Assembly: GCA_003660975.1 (NCBI GenBank)
Contig: QMVG01000001.1
Span: forward strand, 32,001 to 96,000
From: Candidatus Micrarchaeota archaeon
GTDB taxonomy: Archaea > B1Sed10-29 > B47-G15
Direction: 5' to 3'
Length of the DNA stretch: 64,000 bases
The notes below the pieces were generated by a model, which saw only the letters and a program-made list of their open reading frames with translations, did no database searches and was not told the origin of the DNA. The position numbers and the translations under genes are program-made. Below are positions 19,009 to 26,909 of the stretch, piece by piece. Positions within the stretch are counted from its first letter, which is position 1. Each line of letters opens with the position of its first letter.

Positions 19009-19427
19009 CCTTTTAATTTTTTTAGTTTCTCATCTAAAAGCTCTTCTAACTGGTCTATCTTAACATATTCTACAGGATTAATGTTATCAAGCACATATTT
19101 AATTTCAGCTATCTGGGCTTCTAACTCGGATATTCTTTTTGTATTGTCTCTCACACTTCTCTCTATTGAGCTAAAAAGTGTCTTCAGCTCTTCATTGCTT
19201 TTTTTTATTTCATCCATTAGATTCTTATTGATTGGTTCTGCCTTGAGGCCTTTTTCCTCCATAAGCTTTTTTATATTTTTGTTATGCGTAATAAGTGTTT
19301 TTCCTATTATTTGCTCGTTTTTTTCTATCACCATCATTCGCTGCGCAATTACCCTTATCTTTGAATCCAAAGCCCTTATTTCTGAATAAAGCTCTTGAAG
19401 TCCTATGCTCCTGGAATCATGAGGCAT
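19005..19427 (-). CDS. Coiled-coil hypothetical protein
   Basis: 140 aa, heptad-rich. Confidence 0.75.
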   Translation of the reverse strand: MPHDSRSIGLQELYSEIRALDSKIRVIAQRMMVIEKNEQIIGKTLITHNKNIKKLMEEKGLKAEPINKNLMDEIKKSNEELKTLFSSIERSVRDNTKRISELEAQIAEIKYVLDNINPVEYVKIDQLEELLDEKLKKLKG

Positions 19428-19487
19428 AACAACACCAATTTAAATTATGACAACTCTTAAACATATAAAGATTATGCTGGTGCGGAT

Positions 19488-21803
19488 ATGCAAAAAGTTG
19501 AGGGCGTGTTGTTCGATATAAAAGCAGAAAATGGTGGATTATCAATAGTTCTGAAAGGAGACAAAAAACACATAATAAAAGACCAGATAAGATATTATTT
19601 CTACCTGCTTCCAGAAGAAAGAGTAAGCAAAGCAACTGTAAAAAGGGTTGAAGGTGTGGAGGATGTTGAAGAAGTCAGCATGAAAATTCACCATGTGCCT
19701 GTGAAAGCGTTTAAGGTCTATGTGAAAAATGGGCAGAATAGCGTAGAGCTGGCAAAAAGATTGGCGGATTTTGGTGAACTGAGAGAAGACGACATAAAAA
19801 TAAAATACAGGTACTTAATAGACAAAGACTTGTTTGCTTCTGAAAATTATGTATTTGAAGGTGGAAAATTCAGAAAGAAAGAAGAAGAGAAGTTGAGATT
19901 GAAGGTATGTGCTTATGATATAGAGACCTACAATAAAAACGGGGCCCCAAATCCCGATAAAGACCCAATAATAAGCATAGCATATGCAGATGAAAGCGAA
20001 TGTATAGCTTTCACGTGGAAAAACTCCCAATATAAAAATGAAAAAGAAATGATAACTGCATTTATCCAATATCTTAAGAGGGAGGACCCTGATATTATAA
20101 TGGGCTACAATGCAGACCTCTTTGACATGCCTTATCTTAAAAAGAGGTGCAATAAATTAGGCATAAACTTAGAGCTGTCAATTGACGGCTCTGAAGTGAA
20201 AAACAAAAGAAGCGGTTTAAGCGCAAAGACAGAGATTTTCGGAAGGGTGCATTTTGACGTCTACAAAGCTGTTTCTTTTATGATAACAACTAGTGGTCTC
20301 CGTGTGTCAAAGAAAGACCTTGAGACAGTTTACAAAGAAATGTTGGGCAAGAACAAAAAAGAGATAGATGGCAGGCTGATCTACGAATACTGGGACAAGG
20401 GCAAAATAGAGGAGCTTGTTGAATACAATAAAAGCGATGCGAAAGCAACATATGAGATAGGAATGAAGGCTTTACCAATATATATCGCCCTGTCGCGCAT
20501 AGTTGGCTTTCCAATTCAAGATGTAATAAATATGAGCGCCACGCAGATGATAGAGTGGATCCTGATAAGAGATGCTCACAGAAAAGGCGTTTTATCTCCG
20601 AGAAGGCCAGACGATAGAGAGATAAGATATAGGATAATGCAGGGGCCGATTAAGGGAGCATTTGTAAAGCTTCCAAAAAAAGGACTGCATGAGAACATCG
20701 TTGTTTGTGACTTCAGGTCACTTTACCCTTCCATTATTATCTCCCACAACATAGGCCCTGACACGCTAAACGCCCCTGGATGCAAGGAGTTTTTTGAATC
20801 TCCAGAAGGTCACAGGTTTTGCAAAGATAAAGAATCCATAATTGCTGGCATGATAAAGCGGCTTGTTGAAAGCAGAATCAAAACAAAAGCGGAAATGAAA
20901 CGCGCAAAAGCAGAAGATGATAAAAAGCAATTATATTACAAACAACACTCTCTAAAGATACTGGCGAACGCAACGTACGGCTATTTGGATTTCAACGCAG
21001 CTCGTTGGTATTGTAGAGAGTGTGCTGAGAGCATAACAGCTTGGGCAAGGCACTATATACAGAACACCATAAAAAAGGCAGAAGATTACGGCTTTGAGGT
21101 GATATACGGGGATACTGACTCTGTTTTCTTAAAACTCGGAAATAAAACCGTGGAAGATGCTAAGCAATTCGTGAATGAGATAAACTCCTCTTTACCAAAA
21201 GACATGGAATTGGAATATGAGGGCTTTTATCCGAGAGCCATATTCGTAACTAAAAGAGAGGGAGGTGCAGCAAAAAAGAGGTATGCACTACTGGGTGAAG
21301 ATGGACTAATACGTATAACTGGTTTGGAGTTTGTAAGAAGGGACTGGGCCCCAATTGCAAGAAAAGCGCAGGAGGAGGTTATAAAGACAGTGCTAAAGGA
21401 GGGAGACCCCAAAAAAGCCATATCAATCGCAAGAGAGATAATAAAAGAGCTAAAAGATGGTAAGGTAAGTATAGATGACCTGGTTGTTTACACGCCACTT
21501 TCAAGGCCCTTGGAGAACTACGAACAAATAGGGCCTCATGTGAAGGCCGCTCAAAAGCTGAAGCGTGCTGGCTATCGTGTTAAAACAGGCACTGTTATTG
21601 GTTATATAATCACTAAGGGGAGTGGAAGCATAAGCGATAGAGCATATCCCATAGAGCTGCTTGGAAACAGAAAGTATGACGCAGATTATTATATAAAACA
21701 CCAGGTCATACCTGCTGTCATAAAGATTCTCGGGGAGTTCAACATAAAGGAAGATGAATTGTATTATAATCATAAACAGACAGGGTTGGGTATATGGACG
21801 TGA
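19488..21803 (+). CDS. polB: Family B DNA polymerase
   Basis: ExoI YDIET, DFRSLYPS, KILANATYGY, YGDTDS; C-terminal PIP-box-like QTGLGIW. Confidence 0.97.
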   Translation: MQKVEGVLFDIKAENGGLSIVLKGDKKHIIKDQIRYYFYLLPEERVSKATVKRVEGVEDVEEVSMKIHHVPVKAFKVYVKNGQNSVELAKRLADFGELREDDIKIKYRYLIDKDLFASENYVFEGGKFRKKEEEKLRLKVCAYDIETYNKNGAPNPDKDPIISIAYADESECIAFTWKNSQYKNEKEMITAFIQYLKREDPDIIMGYNADLFDMPYLKKRCNKLGINLELSIDGSEVKNKRSGLSAKTEIFGRVHFDVYKAVSFMITTSGLRVSKKDLETVYKEMLGKNKKEIDGRLIYEYWDKGKIEELVEYNKSDAKATYEIGMKALPIYIALSRIVGFPIQDVINMSATQMIEWILIRDAHRKGVLSPRRPDDREIRYRIMQGPIKGAFVKLPKKGLHENIVVCDFRSLYPSIIISHNIGPDTLNAPGCKEFFESPEGHRFCKDKESIIAGMIKRLVESRIKTKAEMKRAKAEDDKKQLYYKQHSLKILANATYGYLDFNAARWYCRECAESITAWARHYIQNTIKKAEDYGFEVIYGDTDSVFLKLGNKTVEDAKQFVNEINSSLPKDMELEYEGFYPRAIFVTKREGGAAKKRYALLGEDGLIRITGLEFVRRDWAPIARKAQEEVIKTVLKEGDPKKAISIAREIIKELKDGKVSIDDLVVYTPLSRPLENYEQIGPHVKAAQKLKRAGYRVKTGTVIGYIITKGSGSISDRAYPIELLGNRKYDADYYIKHQVIPAVIKILGEFNIKEDELYYNHKQTGLGIWT

Positions 21804-21807
21804 TGTT

Positions 21808-22707
21808 ATGGACGATCTGGAAAAGTTTAAACGAGCGGGAAAAATAGCTGCTGAGGTAAGAGAAGAATCAATGAAGCTAATACGCATAGGAGAAAAGGCA
21901 TTAGATGTAGCCAATATGATAGAAAGGTGGATTTTAGAAAAAGGAGGGAGCATAGCGTTTCCTGTAAACATAAGTGTAAATAACCAAGCTGCTCATGCGA
22001 CGCCATCATATAATGATGAATATGTGTTTGGAGAAAAAGACCTAGTCACTATTGACATAGGTGTTCATGTTGACGGTTTTGTTGGGGGAGATACTGCGTA
22101 TAGCGTGGACCTTTCAGGTGAGAGGCAAATCTTAACTGAAACCTCAAAGAAAGCTTTAGAAAACGCTTTATCAAAGGTAAAGGCAGGTGTGGAGATTGGG
22201 GAAATAGGAAAGGAGATTGAGGAAACAGCAAGACAAGCTTCATTGAGGCCTGTTGAGAACCTGACAGGGCATGGCCTTGCTAGGTGGCAAGTTCATACAT
22301 TGCCATCTATCCCAAACATAGGCAATAAAGACAAAACAAAATTAAAAGAGGGCCAAATAATCGCGATAGAACCTTTCATAAGCAATGGGAGTGGCCGAGT
22401 AAGAGAAGGTGTGCGTACGGAGATATTTTCATTTGAAGGAAAAGTACTGACAAGGAATAGAGATGCAAGGAAATTACTTGATATTATATATGAAAATTAT
22501 AAAACATTGCCATTCGCCGAGAGATGGCTTTATGACTATATGCCTGAGCTAAAACTGAAGTTGGCTTTGAGAGACCTCGCTATGAGAGGGGCCATAAGAG
22601 GCTATCCCATACTGAAGGATGTAGAAGGTTCATTTGTCTCCCAGCATGAAGTTTCCTTAATAGTTGAGAAAGACTCATGCACTTTACTTACGCCCATGAA
22701 ATTTTAA
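21808..22707 (+). CDS. map: Type II methionine aminopeptidase
   Basis: AAHATP, DIGVHVDG, DTA, NLTGHGL, IAIEPF, SQHE; start ATG 21808. Confidence 0.95.
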   Translation: MDDLEKFKRAGKIAAEVREESMKLIRIGEKALDVANMIERWILEKGGSIAFPVNISVNNQAAHATPSYNDEYVFGEKDLVTIDIGVHVDGFVGGDTAYSVDLSGERQILTETSKKALENALSKVKAGVEIGEIGKEIEETARQASLRPVENLTGHGLARWQVHTLPSIPNIGNKDKTKLKEGQIIAIEPFISNGSGRVREGVRTEIFSFEGKVLTRNRDARKLLDIIYENYKTLPFAERWLYDYMPELKLKLALRDLAMRGAIRGYPILKDVEGSFVSQHEVSLIVEKDSCTLLTPMKF

Positions 22708-22728
22708 GCAAAATAATAAAAAGTACTA

Positions 22729-23775
22729 TTGGATGATATTAGCATGACAAACAAAAATGCTTTGCTTTTAATTGTGTTATACTCTGCCTTTAGCATTTTG
22801 TGGTTGTATGTATTCTCCATTACTGGCTTTTCGCTTTCGGACTCAGTTAACTTTAATGTCATGAGTAAAATTGTGGGTTCTATTAGACTTTTATTTTTGA
22901 TTGGCTTCTTAATGGCTCTCTCGCTTGTTACTTTGTCTTATTTTTCAGATAGGCTTGAAAGAAAAAAAGCCATCATATTCTCTATTGCTGCTGTAATACT
23001 GACATTGTTAATTTCTTCGCTCTTTTTCCAAAACAAAATGCAGTTTTTGTTGATGATGCTCTTTTACGGCCTAGGAAGTGTATGGGTATCATATCAGAAA
23101 AGTGAAAAGAAAGGTGCAAGCAGACGCATGAGAGATGGATGGAAGATGGCAAAAAAGATGACATTAAGCTTGGCCTTTGGTGCTGTTATTGTGTCTGTTA
23201 TATTTGTTAATATGAACGCAACATATTATGAGGACAGTTTTAAAGATTCCTTGCTTTCTCTTGTCTCGTCATTTGATGTAAGCAAAATGCTCTCTGATCC
23301 AGAGTTCATTGAGGAGATGGTAAAGGAGCAGATACCTGATTACCAGACGTTCAGGGAAGAGGCCTTGGCCTCTCAGGGTATAGAAAGCATAGATGATGTT
23401 AGGGAAAAGATAAGAGAACAGTATGAAAATCAGGCAGGTTGGGAGCAGATACCAGAAGACAGACAGAGAGAGATTATAGAAAACGCAACGCTAACGTCGT
23501 GGAATTTACTTGAGCAGCAAATAAATGAGTCATACCAGAATATGTTTGGTTCAGAAGCGTTAAGGTCCAGGATATCTGAGATGCAGTCAAAAATCTCCAA
23601 AGAGAACATAGGCAAAATAAGCTCTCAATTCATAGAAAAAATGCCCTTTATGAATATTTTAATAAAAGCTTTGCCATATGTTGTTGCCTTCATTTCTTTC
23701 TCAGCCATTACGCTTTTCGGCACCGTATGTGTAGCTCCTTTTGCCGCTGTGCTGAATTTATTGTTTAGGCGATAA
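22729..23775 (+). CDS. Membrane protein with large acidic helical loop, unknown function
   Basis: About 5 N-terminal TM segments, Glu-rich helical insert, C-terminal TM. Confidence 0.75.
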   Translation: MDDISMTNKNALLLIVLYSAFSILWLYVFSITGFSLSDSVNFNVMSKIVGSIRLLFLIGFLMALSLVTLSYFSDRLERKKAIIFSIAAVILTLLISSLFFQNKMQFLLMMLFYGLGSVWVSYQKSEKKGASRRMRDGWKMAKKMTLSLAFGAVIVSVIFVNMNATYYEDSFKDSLLSLVSSFDVSKMLSDPEFIEEMVKEQIPDYQTFREEALASQGIESIDDVREKIREQYENQAGWEQIPEDRQREIIENATLTSWNLLEQQINESYQNMFGSEALRSRISEMQSKISKENIGKISSQFIEKMPFMNILIKALPYVVAFISFSAITLFGTVCVAPFAAVLNLLFRR

Positions 23776-23808
23776 ACTATTTTAAGGATGGATGTCAAGA
23801 AATAATAA

Positions 23809-23883
23809 GGGCCCGTAGCACAGCTTGGATAGTGCGGCAGGCTTCGGACCTGCAGGTCGTGGGTTCGAATCCCACCGGGCTCG
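23809..23883 (+). tRNA. tRNA-Arg(TCG)
   Basis: Acceptor GGGCCCG/CGGGCTC; anticodon arm GCAGG-CTTCGGA-CCTGC; T arm GTGGG-TTCGAAT-CCCAC. Confidence 0.95.
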
Positions 23884-23897
23884 TTTGCTTAAGTGGC

Positions 23898-23981
23898 GCA
23901 GGGATGACGGAGTGGCCAAACGTGCTAGGTTCAGGGCCTAGTGGCTTAGTGCCTACGAGGGTTCGAATCCCTCTCCCTGCA
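23898..23981 (+). tRNA. tRNA-Leu(CAG)
   Basis: Acceptor GCAGGGA/TCCCTGC; anticodon arm CTAGG-TTCAGGG-CCTAG; long variable arm; T arm GAGGG-TTCGAAT-CCCTC. Confidence 0.95.
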
Positions 23982-24074
23982 TTAGGGACCGAAGGTCCCT
24001 ATTGAGGGCTTCAGTTTCGCTTAAGCCTTTAATACAGCAATAACAAAAAAGGCTTAAATCCCTCCCCCTGCATT
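23982..24074 (+). repeat. tRNA-3'-associated palindromic element, copy 1, plus duplicate of the tRNA-Leu 3' end
   Basis: TAGGGACC-GAA-GGTCCCTA hairpin; TTAAGCCTTT(24021-30)/AAAGGCTTAA(24048-57); 24057-24074 matches 23966-23983 at 17/18. Confidence 0.85.
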
Positions 24075-24144
24075 GCAACGTAGCTCGTTGCATCCGCAGG
24101 CGATCTTCGATCGCCTTTGCTCAAGCAAAAAAGAGGGAGAGGGA
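24074..24144. repeat. Run of palindromes after element copy 1
   Basis: TGCAACG/CGTTGCA, AGGCGATC-TTC-GATCGCCT, TTTGCT/AGCAAA, then AGGGAGAGGGA. Confidence 0.7.
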
Positions 24145-24167
24145 AGTTTTGGTGTCGGTGGTAAACT

Positions 24168-24911
24168 ATGAATGTAATACTGCTTGCTGGAGGTTTTGCT
24201 AAGAGAATGTGGCCGTTAACGAAAAACCAACCAAAACACCTGCTACCTGTAGCTGGTAAACCTATGTTAAGTTATGTGCTTGAAAAATTAGAAAAGAGCA
24301 ATGTGGACACAGTTTACATAAGCACAAATGCCAAGTTTAAAAGCCACTTCCAAAATTTTTTAGATAGATACAGAAAAAACAGCAAAGTAAAAATTGAACT
24401 GATAATAGAGGACACGCTCAGTGAGGAAGAAAAGCTTGGCAGCATTGGGGCGCTAGGTCTTATAATAGAGAGTAAAGCGTTATATGATGATTTAATGATA
24501 ATAGGTGCAGATAACATCTTCTCATTTGAACTCAGTGATTTCATAGGTTACTTTGAGGAGAAGAACGCTTCTGTGATAGCTGTTTATGATGTCAAAAACC
24601 TGGAGATGGCAAAGAAATATGGTATAGTGAAAGTAGATGAAAATAACAAGATAATAGAATTTGTTGAAAAACCTGAAAAACCCTCTTCAACATTGGCTGC
24701 CACTGCCTGTTATATATTAAAGAGAGATGATGCTTTAAGCATATTGCAGTATCTTAGTGAGGGAAAACCAGCGGACAGAATGGGAGATTTTATATCTTGG
24801 CTTTACAAGAGAAGTGACATATATGCATATAAATTTTCTGACTATTGGTTTGACATAGGAAGCCTTGAAGGACTGAAAATGGCTGATGAATTTCTATCTA
24901 AAAAGGGGTAA
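24168..24911 (+). CDS. Sugar-phosphate nucleotidyltransferase (glucose-1-phosphate thymidylyltransferase-like)
   Basis: ILLAGGFAKRMWPLT...PKHLLPVAGKP, FVEKP, WFDIGS. Confidence 0.9.
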   Translation: MNVILLAGGFAKRMWPLTKNQPKHLLPVAGKPMLSYVLEKLEKSNVDTVYISTNAKFKSHFQNFLDRYRKNSKVKIELIIEDTLSEEEKLGSIGALGLIIESKALYDDLMIIGADNIFSFELSDFIGYFEEKNASVIAVYDVKNLEMAKKYGIVKVDENNKIIEFVEKPEKPSSTLAATACYILKRDDALSILQYLSEGKPADRMGDFISWLYKRSDIYAYKFSDYWFDIGSLEGLKMADEFLSKKG

Positions 24912-25569
24912 ACCGCATTGTGGTCAACATATAATCCTTGGGAAAGGCAATGACTATCGCAATAGAGCTAGCCAGCCCTACAACAAAGGCCATGACTATT
25001 ACTGTGCATATGTAAGAAAGAAGAGCTTTTGCGAAAGAGCTATTATTCGCTATTTTTATGGCAGTAGCGTTTACCCAGAGCTGCCAAATAAAAAACACAA
25101 TACTAATCAAAAAGGCAGTAAAGATAAATGATTGGAGATTCTGACCAGACCTGACAGCTGCTGTTATTGAGGAATTTGCAGCAAAAGGGTAGTAGACAAT
25201 CCCCATTACAAAGGCCAGCAAAGCAATGGAAATTTGTTGGACGAAATTTAGAATTGTTGCATGTCCCATTAAGGCCAGTGTTTTATGAAAATCCCGCCTA
25301 GCTCCGAAAAGCCATACAAAATAAGATGATATGTAAGCAGTAAGTATGAAAACAAGCACTGCGAGCACCACGGCGACTATCACCTGGAGCAAAAGAGTTA
25401 GGCTTGGAACATAGCCCACAAGGAGATATAAGGAGATTATAAATAATTGTGTAAGCGTGAAAAGCATAGCTGCTATTTCTATTCCATCTTTTGCCCTAGC
25501 TCCTGGCATACTGTTGAAACTTTTCTTTGGAGAAAATAGCAGCTTAAGTAGATATGAGAAGTAAATCAT
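24898..25569 (-). CDS. Yip1-domain membrane protein
   Basis: LLFSPKKSF start and 5-TM Yip1-like layout. Confidence 0.7.
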   Translation of the reverse strand: MIYFSYLLKLLFSPKKSFNSMPGARAKDGIEIAAMLFTLTQLFIISLYLLVGYVPSLTLLLQVIVAVVLAVLVFILTAYISSYFVWLFGARRDFHKTLALMGHATILNFVQQISIALLAFVMGIVYYPFAANSSITAAVRSGQNLQSFIFTAFLISIVFFIWQLWVNATAIKIANNSSFAKALLSYICTVIVMAFVVGLASSIAIVIAFPKDYMLTTMRFTPF

Positions 25570-25609
25570 ATGATAAAGAATGCAGTAGATATATAAAAAA
25601 ATAGGGGGG

Positions 25610-26200
25610 TTAGACAGCTGGGTATAACAGATTCATTATTGGTAGCAGAATTACTGAGTAAGCTATGACTGCTGCAATTAAAGCGATTGCTGCTTCCCAT
25701 GTCTTCACGCTGTTGGCTTCAGATATTGCAACACTGTCTACCCAAAGAGCCCAAATCATAAAAACTAAGGCCACTGCAAATATGGGCACGATGACAAAGG
25801 AAGCTAACTGAGTTACAGCTCCTGGGGATAAAAGGTCTGCTGGCATGCTTGCTGATAATAGATTTACTAATATCAGCCATATCACTGCAAATAACAGTAA
25901 TAACGTATGCGCATAACCTAGAAGAGCTATGCTCTTTTTCACTTGCCTCCTTCCGCCCATCGCTCCTGCTATGTATGCAGCAATTGTTGCAATTACAAAC
26001 AGAGCAATTAGCGTCACGATAAGCTCTGCCAACCATGTCATTACTGATATGTCATTCATGTTAATCAACAGATAGGAAAGCAAGCTAACAATAACTGCTA
26101 TCGACAGTCCGTCATATATGGTTGCTTTTTTGTTTAGTTCAGCAAAGGCCTGCCTTGGCTTGTAAATTAGCATAAAGGCGTTTTTCCAGTCGAGATTCAT
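25610..26200 (-). CDS. Yip1-domain membrane protein
   Basis: LIYKPRQAFAEL, MGG...ALLGYA, W..AISEAN. Confidence 0.75.
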   Translation of the reverse strand: MNLDWKNAFMLIYKPRQAFAELNKKATIYDGLSIAVIVSLLSYLLINMNDISVMTWLAELIVTLIALFVIATIAAYIAGAMGGRRQVKKSIALLGYAHTLLLLFAVIWLILVNLLSASMPADLLSPGAVTQLASFVIVPIFAVALVFMIWALWVDSVAISEANSVKTWEAAIALIAAVIAYSVILLPIMNLLYPAV

Positions 26201-26226
26201 GGCATCACCAATTATGTAAAAGCAGC

Positions 26227-26243
26227 TATATTAAAAAGCTTTT
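26227..26243 (-). promoter_or_regulatory. BRE-TATA-like promoter in the divergent Yip1 intergenic region
   Basis: Minus strand AAAAGCTTTTTAATATA ending 26 nt before ATG 26200. Confidence 0.45.
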
Positions 26244-26276
26244 GTATGGTTTTGAAAAGCAAAACTTTATTAAGCA

Positions 26277-26909
26277 ATGCTAACTGATATTTTTGGTGAT
26301 TCAATGTTCAAAACAGCTTTGGACTGCATAGTAAATCCGTCAAAAGGCATAAAGCTCGCATCAAAGAAAACTGTGGGACAAGGGATAACAGTTCTAATAG
26401 CAGGGATAATAATAGCTGCTTTGCTTGATGGCTTGTCCGCTTACTTGGGCACACCTTTTTTCTTTGCTCAAGGTATAATGACAAACGCAAGTGGAGAGTT
26501 CAGCTCTGCGTTCAGCAATTCACTTCTGTCATTAGCAACAGTATTTATTGTGCTGACAGTTACCGTTGCTGTGATAATGAACGCCCTAGGACATAGAAAG
26601 AACACGCTTAAGTTCATATCAACTGTCTCTTTTCCATTTGCAGCCATGAGCGTAGTGGTCGCAGTAATAAACTTAGTAATAATAGCAATAGCACTGCTGC
26701 AAGCAGTATCATTAGTGATAGGTATTACAGGCTACCTCTTTTTCCTGACAACAGTTTACGCATATATACTTTACGCTAAAAGCATAAGTGAGCATTATAA
26801 AGTTAGCATGGAAAAGGCAGCTGCAGTGATAATATTGGTAATAATTGTGGCGAATCTGAGCAGTATGGCTTTTGCAATAGGCAACTTGATGTCAGGCATC
26901 AGCTTTTAA
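26277..26909 (+). CDS. Yip1-domain membrane protein
   Basis: CIVNPSKGIKLA start, 5 TM segments, SISEHYKVSMEKA. Confidence 0.7.
   Translation: MLTDIFGDSMFKTALDCIVNPSKGIKLASKKTVGQGITVLIAGIIIAALLDGLSAYLGTPFFFAQGIMTNASGEFSSAFSNSLLSLATVFIVLTVTVAVIMNALGHRKNTLKFISTVSFPFAAMSVVVAVINLVIIAIALLQAVSLVIGITGYLFFLTTVYAYILYAKSISEHYKVSMEKAAAVIILVIIVANLSSMAFAIGNLMSGISF

Noticed and set aside
23884-23893. TTTGCTTAAG after tRNA-Arg, resembling the element start
   Set aside because: Only 10 bp in a 14-bp spacer; too short to call a remnant.
24004-24072. Split, permuted or intron-containing tRNA half (GAGGG...CCCTC flanking the insert)
   Set aside because: No D or anticodon arm and no BHB motif; the upstream tRNA is already complete; the Val copy lacks a matching 5' T-stem.
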